Shown: positions 20,048-30,678, numbered from the stretch's first letter. The stretch: DNA of 64,000 bases from Chamaesiphon sp. (GCA_965246715.1 CBDFFH010000008.1:1-64000); one strand, 5' to 3'. Translations and numbers: made by a program. Notes: generated by a model from the letters alone, not told the origin.

Positions 20048-20114
20048 GATTCATGACTTCCATACACATTATCCCTATGGTTGGGAAACAATATCCCCAA
20101 CCATGCAAGATTAA

Positions 20115-21554
20115 TTAACCTACAGTACCTTCAAGTTTCAAACTCAACAACCTATCGGCTTCAACAGCAAATTCCATCGGCAGTTGATTAAAGACATCCT
20201 TACAGAAACCACTAATCATCATCGAAATCGCATCCTCCTGGGAAATCCCCCGTTGAGCGAAGAAGAATAACTGATCCTCACCAATCTTAGAAGTCGATGC
20301 TTCGTGTTCGACTTTGGCGGTTTGATTCTGCACTTGGATATAGGGGAAAGTATTCGCTTGTGCTCTGTCGCCAATTAGCATCGAGTCACATTGAGAGTAA
20401 TTTCTCGCTCCTTTTGCTGTCGGATTCATTTTGACTAAACCGCGATAGCTATTCTTCGATTTTCCGGCGGAAATCCCTTTGGAAATAATCGTGCTGCGGG
20501 TATTTTTGCCCACATGGATCATTTTGGTGCCTGTGTCGGCTTGTTGAAGATTATTAGTCAGCGCGACGGAGTAAAATTCGCCGACGGAGTTGTCGCCAAC
20601 TAAGACGCAACTGGGATATTTCCAAGTAATTGCCGAACCTGTTTCTACTTGTGTCCAGGAAATCTTGGAATTTACACCTTTACACAAGCCGCGTTTGGTG
20701 ACGAAGTTGTAGATGCCACCTTTGCCAGTTTCGTCGCCAGCGTACCAGTTTTGAACGGTGGAATATTTGATTTCGGCGTTATCTAATACCACCAACTCGA
20801 CGACGGCGGCGTGGAGTTGATTGGTGTCGAATGCAGGTGCGGTACAGCCTTCGAGATAGGTAACTGAGGCACCTTCGTCGGCGATGATTAATGTCCGCTC
20901 GAATTGTCCGCTATCGCCAGTATTGATCCGGAAATAGGTGGATAAATCCATCGGACATTTGGTACCTTTGGGGATGTAGACAAAGGAACCGTCGCTAAAT
21001 ACTGCGGAGTTTAAGGCTGCAAAGAAATTATCGGCGATCGGGACGACGCTACCCAAGTATTTTTCGATCAGTTCGGGATATTCTTTGACTGCTTCGGAAA
21101 TCGAGCAGAAGACTACGCCTTCCTTAGCTAATTGCGCCTTGAAGGTAGTCGCCACGGAGACGCTATCGAATACAGCATCGACGGCGACATTCGATAGCCG
21201 CTTCTGCTCGTTGAGCGAAATCCCCAGCTTCTCAAAGGTTTCTAAGAGAATGGGATCGACTTCATCCAAGCTGTCCAATTTTTTGGCGGCTTGCTTGGGT
21301 GCAGAGTAGTAGATGATATCTTGATAATCGATCGCGGGATAATTAACATGCGGCCAAGTGGGTTCGGTCATCTTCAACCACTGACGGTAAGCACGCAGGC
21401 GGAAATTCAGCAGAAATTCCGGCTCGTCTTTCTTGGACGAAATCAACCGCACGATGTCCTCATTCAAGCCACGGGGAATCTTGTCCGACTGGATATCGGT
21501 GACAAAACCGTACTTATAAGGTTGATTGACTAAATTTTGGACTACAGTACTCAT
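20115..21554 (-). CDS. sufB: Fe-S cluster assembly protein SufB
   Basis: [52 protein letters not shown]. Confidence 0.98.
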   Translation of the reverse strand: MSTVVQNLVNQPYKYGFVTDIQSDKIPRGLNEDIVRLISSKKDEPEFLLNFRLRAYRQWLKMTEPTWPHVNYPAIDYQDIIYYSAPKQAAKKLDSLDEVDPILLETFEKLGISLNEQKRLSNVAVDAVFDSVSVATTFKAQLAKEGVVFCSISEAVKEYPELIEKYLGSVVPIADNFFAALNSAVFSDGSFVYIPKGTKCPMDLSTYFRINTGDSGQFERTLIIADEGASVTYLEGCTAPAFDTNQLHAAVVELVVLDNAEIKYSTVQNWYAGDETGKGGIYNFVTKRGLCKGVNSKISWTQVETGSAITWKYPSCVLVGDNSVGEFYSVALTNNLQQADTGTKMIHVGKNTRSTIISKGISAGKSKNSYRGLVKMNPTAKGARNYSQCDSMLIGDRAQANTFPYIQVQNQTAKVEHEASTSKIGEDQLFFFAQRGISQEDAISMMISGFCKDVFNQLPMEFAVEADRLLSLKLEGTVG

Positions 21555-21627
21555 CGATCGCCTGTGTTCTCTCTAAAATTAAGGATGGTCGATCCGTCTG
21601 ACTGGGATAGCCAAAAGATCGTATAAT

Positions 21628-21686
21628 TAAAACAACCGCTTGATTGTTTAACTATATTCTAAGATACTTTAGCAACATAGTGGTTG
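21628..21686. promoter_or_regulatory. Tandem SufR operator sites in the divergent sufB/sufR promoter
   Basis: TAAAACAAC-N6-ATTGTTTAA (21628-21651) and perfect CAAC-N6-GTTG (21673-21686); cores 26 bp apart, matching the described cyanobacterial SufR operator layout. Confidence 0.85.
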
Positions 21687-21864
21687 TCAAAGCCATCAGA
21701 GCGCCAATTTTTTTATCCGTACATCTGCATCCGATCGTTACCTAGTCTCATCTCGTGTCAATTGAAGTTATTCGAGCGCGTAGGTGGTTCGGAAACCCAC
21801 CGCGCGATTCCCGATCTCCGAATATCAATTCAGCCCGTACCTGGCAATAAAAAATCCCGCCGCT

Positions 21865-22512
21865 ATGATAACCGAGCAGCAAAACTCTACCAAACAAGAT
21901 ATTCTCGAATATCTCCTCAAACACGGACAAGCCATCGCGCAGGATTTGGCTACCGCACTCGATATCAGTCCGCAAGCAGTGCGCCGCCACCTCAAAGATC
22001 TCCAAACCGAAGGTCTGATTGTCTATCAATCGGTAGCCGCCGGAACCGGGAGACCGCAACACATCTATCAGCTGAGTCCTAAAGGACGCGAGAAGTTTCC
22101 CAATCAGTACGATCGCTTCGTGCTATCGTTTCTCGATACGCTCGTGGACAATCTCGGCTACGAGCAAGCGGGTGAAATCCTGCATCAACATTGGCAAAAG
22201 AAAAGCATCGATTATCGCCAAAAACTCGGCGATGGGACGCTGATCGATCGAGTGGCAAAGCTAGTCGAATTGCGCCGCCAAGAGGGTTATATGGCCGACT
22301 ATCACCCTGTAGACGATCGCGATGACCGATTCATCCTTACCGAGCATAACTGCGCGATATCCCAGGTAGCAACCTCATTCCCCGCAGTCTGTGGACACGA
22401 GCTAGAAATGTTTGCAGCGGCTTTAGAAGACTGCCAAGTCGAACGCACCCATTGGCTCGTTGATGGCGAACATCAATGCGGTTATCTAATTTCAACTCTA
22501 ACAACCAACTAA
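21865..22512 (+). CDS. sufR: Fe-S cluster transcriptional repressor SufR
   Basis: HTH (ISPQAVRRHLKDL, GRPQHIY), EHNCAI...VCGHELEMF...CGY Cys ligands; divergent from sufB. Confidence 0.95.
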   Translation: MITEQQNSTKQDILEYLLKHGQAIAQDLATALDISPQAVRRHLKDLQTEGLIVYQSVAAGTGRPQHIYQLSPKGREKFPNQYDRFVLSFLDTLVDNLGYEQAGEILHQHWQKKSIDYRQKLGDGTLIDRVAKLVELRRQEGYMADYHPVDDRDDRFILTEHNCAISQVATSFPAVCGHELEMFAAALEDCQVERTHWLVDGEHQCGYLISTLTTN

Positions 22513-22515
22513 TAT

Positions 22516-22764
22516 ATGAGCGAAAACAGCGAAAAATATCTCAGCCGAGTGGAAGCGTTAGATGTCGAAGTAGCGAAGTTATCTACACATGAAAAATTTT
22601 TGACACGGATTACGATTTCTTCGCTCAGATTGTTGCAACAGATTGCTGAGGAAGAAGGTGTAAAAGTCGAAGAGTTGACCCCAACACAGATTATTAAATG
22701 GTTCGAGCGCGATGCCGAATCCAAGCGATCGCAAGGTGATTCGGCTGGCTCTTTGCAATGGTAA
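22516..22764 (+). CDS. Small conserved-looking cyanobacterial hypothetical protein
   Basis: 82 aa, starts 3 nt after sufR; FLTRITISSLRLL...WFERD. Confidence 0.7.
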   Translation: MSENSEKYLSRVEALDVEVAKLSTHEKFLTRITISSLRLLQQIAEEEGVKVEELTPTQIIKWFERDAESKRSQGDSAGSLQW

Positions 22765-22910
22765 TAATGTATCGATCTGGGGTAGAGGCGATCGCAATGA
22801 CTGTTATACAGTATTTACTAAAATGGTCGATCGAGGAAAATTTCCAGAAAAAATAGAGAAATTAATTGAGCGGGATTAATATATACCCGATCGAGCCTAA
22901 TCTTTTTATG

Positions 22911-22992
22911 GTAGTTGGGTTGAAGAACGAAACCCAACATCGCTAGGTTGTTGGTGTGTTAGTTGGGTTTCGCCTTGCTCAACCCAACCTAT
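22911..22992. repeat. REP-like inverted pair (GTAG-TTGGGTTGA...GAAACCCAAC family)
   Basis: GTAGTTGGGTTGAAGAACGAAACCCAAC ... GTTGGGTTTCGCCTTGCTCAACCCAACCTA. Confidence 0.8.
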
Positions 22993-23166
22993 GGATCTAA
23001 TAGTTAGATCGATCGAATCGATGGGTACACTCATTTAGTAGATTATCGAATGATTTGGATCTGAGAATATGCCTAATGGTGCATTTATTGCGATCGGGAT
23101 AACATTGTTTTTTTGTGCCTTTGCCTTCGCACAACCAATAATCGATCCAATCGATTATCCCCTCGC

Positions 23167-24677
23167 CAGGTTAAACGCACTTAAATTTGTTATTACTAAA
23201 AACTTTGACGATCGAATGAATAAATAGCATCTAGAAATCTTGTAATTACTGCTAGGTAATAGTTAGAGCTAATTAACTATGTTAGAATTTAACAAATTTA
23301 ATTTAACTAAAATGAAGCTGAAGCCAAAATATAGTATTATAGAACACTTCGAGAGTGTAGAAGACTACAGGACAGAGCGCGGGAAAAAGCATAAATTAAT
23401 TGATATCATCACCATTACCATTTGTGCTGTAGTATCTGGAGCTGATACATGGATAGATATAGAAATTTATGGTTTGGCGAAGAAGGAATGGCTAGGTAAA
23501 TTTTTAGAGTTGCCGCATGGTATTCCATCACATGATACATTTGGAAGGGTATTTTCACGAATTAATCCTGAAGAATTTCAAAAAAGTTTCCTGAGTTGGG
23601 TTAAAGGAATATCTAAAATAACAGCAGGAGAAATAATTGCACTTGACGGCAAACAATCTCGAAATTCAGGAGATAATACTAATGGACAAGGTGTACTAAA
23701 TACTGTTAGTGCATGGGCTGTAACTAATAGATTAGTATTAGGACAGAAAATGGTTGAGGGCAAATCTAATGAAATCACAGCACTTCCTGAATTAATTAAA
23801 GTTCTAGATTTAGCCGGATGTATAGTTACCATTGATGCAATGGGATGTCAAAGAGAAATAGTAAAAAAAATTGTTGAAAAAGATGCAGATTATGTAATTG
23901 CTGTGAAAAAGAATCAACCAAGTTTATACGACCAAGTAGAAAGGCTATTTAAACAGGCTATTGCAACTGGTGGCGCAGGTTTCAATCTGAGTGATTTCAG
24001 GACTAAGGAGATTAATGGGGGTAGGGAAGAAATCCGTAATTATTTAATGATATCAGATGTTGCCGATCGAATAGATTCATCCCATAACTGGATGAAATTG
24101 ACTAGTATTGCGATGGTTGAATCAGTAAGAACTATTGGGGATAAAACCACCGTAGAGACTCGTTATTTTATTAGTAGTTTAGCTAATAATGCCAAGAGAG
24201 TCGCCGGAGCAATTAGAGGTCATTGGGGGATAGAAAATTCACTTCATTGGGTACTTGATGTTTCTTTAAGAGAAGATTATAGTCGAATTAGGAAAGATAA
24301 TGCGCCAGCTAATTTTGCAGTATTACGGCACATAGCTATTAACTTAATTAGTCAAAATAAAAGTCGGAAATTAAGTGTGAAAAGCAAGAGATTTCTAGCA
24401 GGTATAGATGACAAATACTTGGCTGAAATTTTAGAAGGTATTTTATAATTTACGAACTATTGGTTGAAATCAAATTACTTCTATAATATATCGACGATTT
24501 AAGTTATTCCTTCGATCGACTACTTTATATTGCATTAAATTAAATAAATATTGCCTTATACTATACATCAGTTCTAATTGAATTCGTCGTAAATGTATTT
24601 AGTTCATAAATACTGCTTAAGTTGTATGTATTATTGAATTCGATCGCCTCATATCAAGTTTTGATGCGTTTAACCTG
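23167..24677 (+). mobile_element. ISAs1-family insertion sequence, copy 2 (1,511 bp)
   Basis: Terminal IRs CAGGTTAAACGCA / TGCGTTTAACCTG; 10-bp direct repeat ATCCCCTCGC at 23157-23166 and 24678-24687. Confidence 0.96.
23279..24448 (+). CDS. ISAs1-family DDE transposase
   Basis: Same protein as copy 1 except TTVETR vs TTIETR. Confidence 0.97.
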   Translation: MLEFNKFNLTKMKLKPKYSIIEHFESVEDYRTERGKKHKLIDIITITICAVVSGADTWIDIEIYGLAKKEWLGKFLELPHGIPSHDTFGRVFSRINPEEFQKSFLSWVKGISKITAGEIIALDGKQSRNSGDNTNGQGVLNTVSAWAVTNRLVLGQKMVEGKSNEITALPELIKVLDLAGCIVTIDAMGCQREIVKKIVEKDADYVIAVKKNQPSLYDQVERLFKQAIATGGAGFNLSDFRTKEINGGREEIRNYLMISDVADRIDSSHNWMKLTSIAMVESVRTIGDKTTVETRYFISSLANNAKRVAGAIRGHWGIENSLHWVLDVSLREDYSRIRKDNAPANFAVLRHIAINLISQNKSRKLSVKSKRFLAGIDDKYLAEILEGIL

Positions 24678-25105
24678 ATCCCCTCGCTCAACGTAATCTT
24701 AGTTTTTATTATATAACTACAGGATTAAGTCTTATTCTAGGTCTTGTATGTTTCATTCCTGTCGTACTTAGAGTCAAACAGAAGAGATATAATCCCAAAC
24801 ATAAAATCTATAAAAAGAAGCCAGTCATATCTCATACTGCCCAGACTAAACCGACTCCTGGTGACTGGTATTCCAATCTCCAGAATTTCGATCTTAGTCG
24901 TTTGACTTTAGCGGGTTGGGTTTTATCATTACTCTCGGTTGCAGTAGGAATTGGTTCGTTTGCTATTTGCCTGGGAAATAATAGTATAGATGGGGCTTCC
25001 AGAGGAGTGCAAAAAGTTTTTGGGATAATTATGTTTGGCATTATGGCTACTTTTTTCACAATAGGTAAATGGATATTGGTGCAACTAAATATCAAAATAT
25101 ATAAA

Positions 25106-25195
25106 TAACGCCAGTTCGGGTTAAGGATATTTGCTTCGTTCTAGTACCGCCGACGATTTCAGTCTCTAGGCTCCTCTTAACCCGAACTCACGTTA
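25106..25195. repeat. ~90-bp MITE-like element with 20-bp terminal inverted repeats
   Basis: TAACGCCAGTTCGGGTTAAG ... CTTAACCCGAACTCACGTTA (18/20 complementary). Confidence 0.7.
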
Positions 25196-25211
25196 AATAT
25201 TAAATTAAATC

Positions 25212-25260
25212 ATGATGAAAAATAGAGACGCTTCGAAGAAGCGTCTCTATTTTTCATCAT
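25212..25260. terminator. Perfect 23-bp hairpin, probable bidirectional terminator
   Basis: ATGATGAAAAATAGAGACGCTTC-GAA-GAAGCGTCTCTATTTTTCATCAT between convergent genes. Confidence 0.75.
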
Positions 25261-25265
25261 AATTA

Positions 25266-27344
25266 TTAAGCGCCAACTAATCCATTGTGACGCAACAACG
25301 CCACTGGATCTGGTTCGCGACCACGGAATGCGGTGAAGACTTCCATCGGGTGCTGACTACCGCCTAGCGATAATACCGTATCGCGGAACCGTCGCCCGGT
25401 CGTCCCGATCGCGTCTGGATCGTCCAACCCAGCATCTTCAAACGCGGCAAACGCATCGGCACTCAAGACTTCTGCCCACTTGTAACTGTAGTAGCCCGCC
25501 GCATAACCGCCTGCAAAAATATGTCCGAAGGCACAGAGGAAATTATCTTCGGGTAAGGGGGGAATTACCATCGTGATTTTAGCTAGGCGATTGCGGACAT
25601 CGGCAATGGATTCCGCGCCGCCTGGTTGGTAGCGACCGTGGAGTTCCAAGTCGAGCCAGCTAAAGTGGATTTGGCGCAACATCGCGCTGCCGCTCATGAA
25701 TGTGCGGGCGGCGAGGAGTTTTTGGTAATAGTGTTCGGGTAAGGGTTCACCAGTTTCGTAATGTTTGCCCAAACTCAAGAGGGTGGGTCGATCGTAGCAC
25801 CAGTTTTCCATAAATTGGCTGGGTAACTCGACGGCATCCCATTCGACGTTGCTGATACCCGAAGCACCGACGTAATCGACGGTGGTGAGCATGTGTTGTA
25901 ACCCATGACCGAATTCATGAAATAGGGTTTCGACTTCACCAAAGGTCATCAGGCTGGGCTTGCCGTCCACTGGTGGCGTTTGATTGCAGGTGAGGTATGC
26001 GATCGGGAGACGGACGGTAGCGCCGTCTACATCGGTCATTTTGGCACGGCTAACGCAATCTGCCATCCATGCACCACCGCGTTTTTCGGCGGGACGGCTG
26101 TAAGCGTCGAGGTAGAAATAGGCAATGGGTTGGTGCTGTTCGTTGACGATTTGGAAATACCGCACGTCCGGATGCCAGATCGGTGCGGTACCATCGGCAG
26201 CAGTGATGGTGATGCCAAACAGTTTGTGCGCGAGGTTGAACAGTCCCGATAGGACTTGTTCTAGTGGGAAGTAGGGGCGCAATTCTTCCGCATTGAAGTC
26301 GAATTTGTCTTCGCGCAGGCGTTCCGCCCAGTAAGCGATATCCCAATGTTTGAGATCGTTGGCTTCGGTGGCACCTTTGGAAATGGCGAAGGCGCGCAGA
26401 TCTTCGAGATCCTGTTTGGCAGCTTCAAAGCTGGCACTGCGGAGCGATTCGAGCAGATTTTCGACTGCGGCGACGTTGGGTGCCATTTTGCTAGCGAGGC
26501 TGAGTTCGGCAAAGTTGGCATAGCCGAGGATGTTGGACATTTCGCGGCGCAATTCGAGGATGCGATCGATATTCTCCAGATTGTTGTAGTCTCCCGAGGC
26601 GGCGCGGCTGACGAGAGCCTTATAAACCTGCTCGCGCAATTCCCGTTGCTGGCTGTGCTGCATGAACGGCGAGTAACTGGGAGCGTCGAGGGTGATTACC
26701 CACGGGCCATCTGTGGGGGTGGCGGCTTCTTGTCCGGCGGCACGGGCAGCTTGGGCGGCTTGACCGAGTAAACTTTCGGGTAGTCCGGCAATTTCCGCTG
26801 GCTCAGTGAGGGTGAGGCGATAAGCTTTCGTCGCGTCGAGGACGTTATTCGAGAACTTATTGGCAAGTTCGGCAAGGGCTAATTGAATATCATTAAATCG
26901 CTGTTTGGTTTCGCCTGTTAAACCGACTCCCGATAGCTCCATATCGCGGATGGCGGCTGCGATAATCCGTTGTTGGGCTGGTTCGTAGGTCGCCCATTCA
27001 GCACTGGCTTTAATGGCTTTATAACCTTGATAGAGGGCTGTGCTTTGCCCCAATCGCATCCAAAATTGAACGACTTGGGGCTGCATTTCTTCATGGGCAG
27101 CGCGGAGTTCGGGGCTATTTTTGACACCCATCAGGTGACCGACGATACTCCAACTCCAGCCGATACTTTCGGTTAGTCGATCGAGTGGTTCGACTAGTCC
27201 CACCCAAGTGGGGATAATATTGGCTTCAAGCTGGGTCAGATCGTTATGGACTTTGCCTAAGAGTCCGGTCATGGCTGGAACTACTTGTTCTGGCTGAATT
27301 TCAGCAAATGGGGGTAATCCCTGACCTTTTAAGAGAGGATTCAT
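25266..27344 (-). CDS. prlC: Oligopeptidase A (M3 peptidase)
   Basis: KRGGAWM, TLFHEFGHGLQH, WDAVELPSQ, GYAAGYYSYKWAE. Confidence 0.95.
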   Translation of the reverse strand: MNPLLKGQGLPPFAEIQPEQVVPAMTGLLGKVHNDLTQLEANIIPTWVGLVEPLDRLTESIGWSWSIVGHLMGVKNSPELRAAHEEMQPQVVQFWMRLGQSTALYQGYKAIKASAEWATYEPAQQRIIAAAIRDMELSGVGLTGETKQRFNDIQLALAELANKFSNNVLDATKAYRLTLTEPAEIAGLPESLLGQAAQAARAAGQEAATPTDGPWVITLDAPSYSPFMQHSQQRELREQVYKALVSRAASGDYNNLENIDRILELRREMSNILGYANFAELSLASKMAPNVAAVENLLESLRSASFEAAKQDLEDLRAFAISKGATEANDLKHWDIAYWAERLREDKFDFNAEELRPYFPLEQVLSGLFNLAHKLFGITITAADGTAPIWHPDVRYFQIVNEQHQPIAYFYLDAYSRPAEKRGGAWMADCVSRAKMTDVDGATVRLPIAYLTCNQTPPVDGKPSLMTFGEVETLFHEFGHGLQHMLTTVDYVGASGISNVEWDAVELPSQFMENWCYDRPTLLSLGKHYETGEPLPEHYYQKLLAARTFMSGSAMLRQIHFSWLDLELHGRYQPGGAESIADVRNRLAKITMVIPPLPEDNFLCAFGHIFAGGYAAGYYSYKWAEVLSADAFAAFEDAGLDDPDAIGTTGRRFRDTVLSLGGSQHPMEVFTAFRGREPDPVALLRHNGLVGA

Positions 27345-27932
27345 ATTTATTTTAGTGTGGTGGTAAGCTGGGGATTCGAGGGGTGCGGTGGAGACTGAGA
27401 CTGAGTTAGAGCTGTGGGAGTAAAGATTTAATCGCTATCTACCGATAAGCTAAACTAGATCGAAGTTCGCGACAGATGGCCGAGTGCCGATCGGTATAGG
27501 CATTACTAAAATTATAGATACCACTTTAGTTATCCAATGAGGCTAGGGTGCCGGAAGGGTTTCCCGTCCAGAAAAGGGGGCACCCCTACATTGAAAAACG
27601 GTTTGCCAAACTATTTGGTGTCCTCGAGCGACTTAATTTACTTACCATTATAAATTCATTTACTAAACCCTCGAACGTTCGGCGATTAGACCACGATCGC
27701 CAATTTAGATCGTGGTAAAGCTACGGTTAACTAACCGCAGTCGATCGGCATATTTTAAGATTGCCAACTCGATCGATAGTTGTGACGACTGTTAAACTAC
27801 GTTGCAACGATTCAGCAGATTACAAGTTATATGTTATCATCCCTAAATATTTAAAATTAACTAAATTTTAGTAGCTGTAACCATCTTTGCATTGGGTAAT
27901 ATTTTTAGGTTTTGGGATTGCGGAGAAAAGTT

Positions 27933-29384
27933 ATGGGTTGGAAGTGTGAAGGGAAAAAGCTTGATGGTACGCTTGCGTTCGATGGTAAGCACGATGCGAT
28001 CGAGGTTAGCGGCGATCGGTGTCCGGTTTGCAATTTAACTCGATCGGAAGTCAGCGGCATGGTGTTTCCCGATCCAGAAGATCCCGATAGCCAGTTAGGG
28101 GAGAAAGTACCTCTGTGGGCACTCGCAATTCCAGTGTTGTTGCTATTGATGGGTGGCATCGGTTTGGGAATTCAGAAATGGAAAGGGGGTGCTACTGATA
28201 ATCTCACGGCTCAGCAAGTTCAGGCATCTTCAGATTGTCCCTTTCCCAATTGTACCGTGAAGATTGGGGCCGTTAACTTTCGACCCACCACTTCCCAATC
28301 GCCAAGTACTAGTGCTAGTGGTAGCGAGAATAGCAATAATACGACAACACAAAAGCCTGCTTGTGCGGATGATGCCACCAATCAATCATCGCCAAATAGT
28401 ACGCAACGATCGCCAATCGATCGGCCAAAATTCCGCAAATATTTAGAAACAGAACTCCAAAAACAATTTCCAGCTATTAAAGTCGAGCTTGATAATTCGC
28501 TCGATTTTACACAACCAACTTGGGTAGCTGCGGCGGATGAGAAGCTTGCCAATAAAGAATGGGATATTGCTTTTACTGTCTCCCCATTAGTCGCAGCTAC
28601 TGCCAAAGAGCAAGGCTATGAATTTGCTTATGCCGCAAATATACGCGGCCAATCTGCGTTTACTTCCGCTATTTTCGTTCGCAAGGATAGCAAGATTACC
28701 TCCCTCGGAAAAATTACGCCCGATAAAGTAGTCGCATTGGGTAATCAAAGCGATTTAGTTGGATTTTATCTACCGATTTACGATCTGTATGGGACTAAGC
28801 CTAAGCTCAAACCGAATAATTCAGGTGCGAAAATTCGGAGCATGGTGTTGTGCAAAGAAGTAGATGTAGGTGTAAGCCAGGTGCGATCGGTTAAAGACAA
28901 TCCAAATTTAACTATTCTCAGTAGTAATAGTGTCAAGGCAGGGGGAATTTATTTTTCGCCAAAATTAACACCAACGGCCAAAAAAATTCTTACAACAATC
29001 TTTAGTGCGACGACGGCAGAATTACAGGCCAATGCTGGATTTCGGCAAGATACCGAGCCAACAGCAGCCGAATACGAACGCGTCAAGCAAGTACGGCTGC
29101 GCGCTCAAGAAATCATTAAAACTGGTGCTTTTTTAAGTAGTGGTGATGAGATTGTCGGTCAAATCGAAAATATCCGCCATGTGAACGATCGCGAGTATTC
29201 ACTAGGAATTAGAACGCAGAACGACATCCAATATCGGGCGATCGTTCCTGATAGTATCGTGCAATCTCTGAGCAGCAATCCGCTGGTCGATCTGCCCAGA
29301 AAAACGATTAAAGTTGTGGGCGTGAAAGCAGATAATAGTCATGTCTTAACGATCGGTCAAAAAGAACAGATCCTCGTGCAATAA
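27933..29384 (+). CDS. Membrane-anchored protein: N-terminal Cys/His Zn-finger-like region, TM, PhnD-like phosphate/phosphonate-binding domain
   Basis: WKC...H...CPVC; TM LWALAIPVLLLLMGGIGL; WDIAFTVSP, SAIFVRKDSKITSL, VALG...GFYLPIYDLYG. Confidence 0.75.
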   Translation: MGWKCEGKKLDGTLAFDGKHDAIEVSGDRCPVCNLTRSEVSGMVFPDPEDPDSQLGEKVPLWALAIPVLLLLMGGIGLGIQKWKGGATDNLTAQQVQASSDCPFPNCTVKIGAVNFRPTTSQSPSTSASGSENSNNTTTQKPACADDATNQSSPNSTQRSPIDRPKFRKYLETELQKQFPAIKVELDNSLDFTQPTWVAAADEKLANKEWDIAFTVSPLVAATAKEQGYEFAYAANIRGQSAFTSAIFVRKDSKITSLGKITPDKVVALGNQSDLVGFYLPIYDLYGTKPKLKPNNSGAKIRSMVLCKEVDVGVSQVRSVKDNPNLTILSSNSVKAGGIYFSPKLTPTAKKILTTIFSATTAELQANAGFRQDTEPTAAEYERVKQVRLRAQEIIKTGAFLSSGDEIVGQIENIRHVNDREYSLGIRTQNDIQYRAIVPDSIVQSLSSNPLVDLPRKTIKVVGVKADNSHVLTIGQKEQILVQ

Positions 29385-29442
29385 ATTTAGGGCAATTCAA
29401 TCTCGTGCGTAGAGTTTAGTCGATAACGGTAAGGCAGTAATC

Positions 29443-30678
29443 GTGACAACCCCAGTAGAAAATTATTACTTTCGCACCGAAACCAATCAACGATCGAATA
29501 ATGAGGATAGTCTCGATCGATCTGAATTGTCAGTTACTGACTCACCACCGATTACCTTGCTGTTATTAGCCGACGGCATGGGGGGATACGCACATGGCGA
29601 AGATGTCAGTAGCGCAGCATTACAGCAATTTAAGCTAACGCTGCGGGAGAAATTACAGCCGAGTGGGGCATATTCACCGCTGAGTGTCGATCGACTCAAA
29701 CAGGCTTTGCTCGAATCGCTGCAACAGGCAAACGATCGCATCCGTCAGCTGGTTGCAACCAATAATTGGCACAAGGCGGGTTCGACGCTCGTAGCCGCAG
29801 CTATTTGGCAAAATCGATTAGTCGTGACGAACTTGGGTGATAGTCCGCTGTTTCATTACACAGCAGCAACAGGCAAGTTGGTTAAGGTAACACTCGATCA
29901 TTCGGTCGTCGGGATTTTGGCTCAAGCTGGCATTATTACCGAAGAAATGGCACGCTATCACGAGCGACGTGGACAATTGGAATATTATTTGGGCGGCGAT
30001 CGCCGCCCCAATCCGCCCCCAGTTTACGAACGAGAGCTGCAATCCGGCGATCTGGTGATGCTATGCTCGGATGGTATTAATGGGTTGCTGAGTACGGAGC
30101 AAATTAGCCAAATTTTGGCGCGCACGGATACTAGTCTGGAACAGCATGCCGACGCATTGATTCTCGCTGCTCGTGCTGCTGGCGAAACAGATAATCAAAC
30201 TTTACTGTTGTGGTGTCATCCCACTAGGTTGGAAATTGACATTGTTAGATCGGGTGATGAAAGCGATGAGGAGAGTGGGGATCGGATCTCAATGCAGCAA
30301 CATTCGGAAATTTTGCCAAAACGAGCGCATAAACAGCCCGATCGAGCGCAAGATCTACAAACGATCGATGCTGACTCCCCGCGCGGACGCGAAATCGATC
30401 TTCGAGTCGCAAACAGCTTCAGCGAGCCACCGAGTCCGGTTCGCCAACAGCGATCGACTAGCGTTCGCAAGGTGGTGTGGGCAGTCTGCGGAAGTGTCAT
30501 AGCAGTAGCAGCGATAACGATCGCCAGATGGGATACTACTGGAGAAATAATCAAATCCCTACCCAGACATGTTGACGGATTACTTAATGGCACACCCAAA
30601 CAAGTCGTGCCCAAACAGTTACCCCCCGATCGCGAGCCGATCGACATCATTGAATCAGTTGTCAACTCAGCAAACTAA
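29443..30678 (+). CDS. PP2C-family Ser/Thr phosphatase with C-terminal TM
   Basis: RSNNEDS, LADGMGG, GSTL, NLGDS, TLDHS, LCSDGI, ETDNQT; TM VVWAVCGSVIAVAAITIA. Confidence 0.92.
   Translation: MTTPVENYYFRTETNQRSNNEDSLDRSELSVTDSPPITLLLLADGMGGYAHGEDVSSAALQQFKLTLREKLQPSGAYSPLSVDRLKQALLESLQQANDRIRQLVATNNWHKAGSTLVAAAIWQNRLVVTNLGDSPLFHYTAATGKLVKVTLDHSVVGILAQAGIITEEMARYHERRGQLEYYLGGDRRPNPPPVYERELQSGDLVMLCSDGINGLLSTEQISQILARTDTSLEQHADALILAARAAGETDNQTLLLWCHPTRLEIDIVRSGDESDEESGDRISMQQHSEILPKRAHKQPDRAQDLQTIDADSPRGREIDLRVANSFSEPPSPVRQQRSTSVRKVVWAVCGSVIAVAAITIARWDTTGEIIKSLPRHVDGLLNGTPKQVVPKQLPPDREPIDIIESVVNSAN

Larger units (their letters stand above)
23069..25108 (+). pseudogene. Membrane-protein gene interrupted by ISAs1 copy 2
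   Basis: Joining 23069-23166 to 24688-25108 (removing the IS and one TSD) gives one open frame of 172 aa. Confidence 0.8.

Noticed and set aside
10603..24687. Composite transposon carrying suf that moved as a unit
   Set aside because: The outer flanks do not share a TSD; each IS has its own duplication, so the insertions were independent
24832..25095. 87-aa minus-strand ORF
   Set aside because: Antisense shadow of the IS-interrupted plus-strand membrane gene
27540..27590. Guanidine-I riboswitch suggested by CTAGGGTGCCG
   Set aside because: Lacks the remaining ykkC consensus; the GGGGCACCCCTAC end matches the 13104 repeat family
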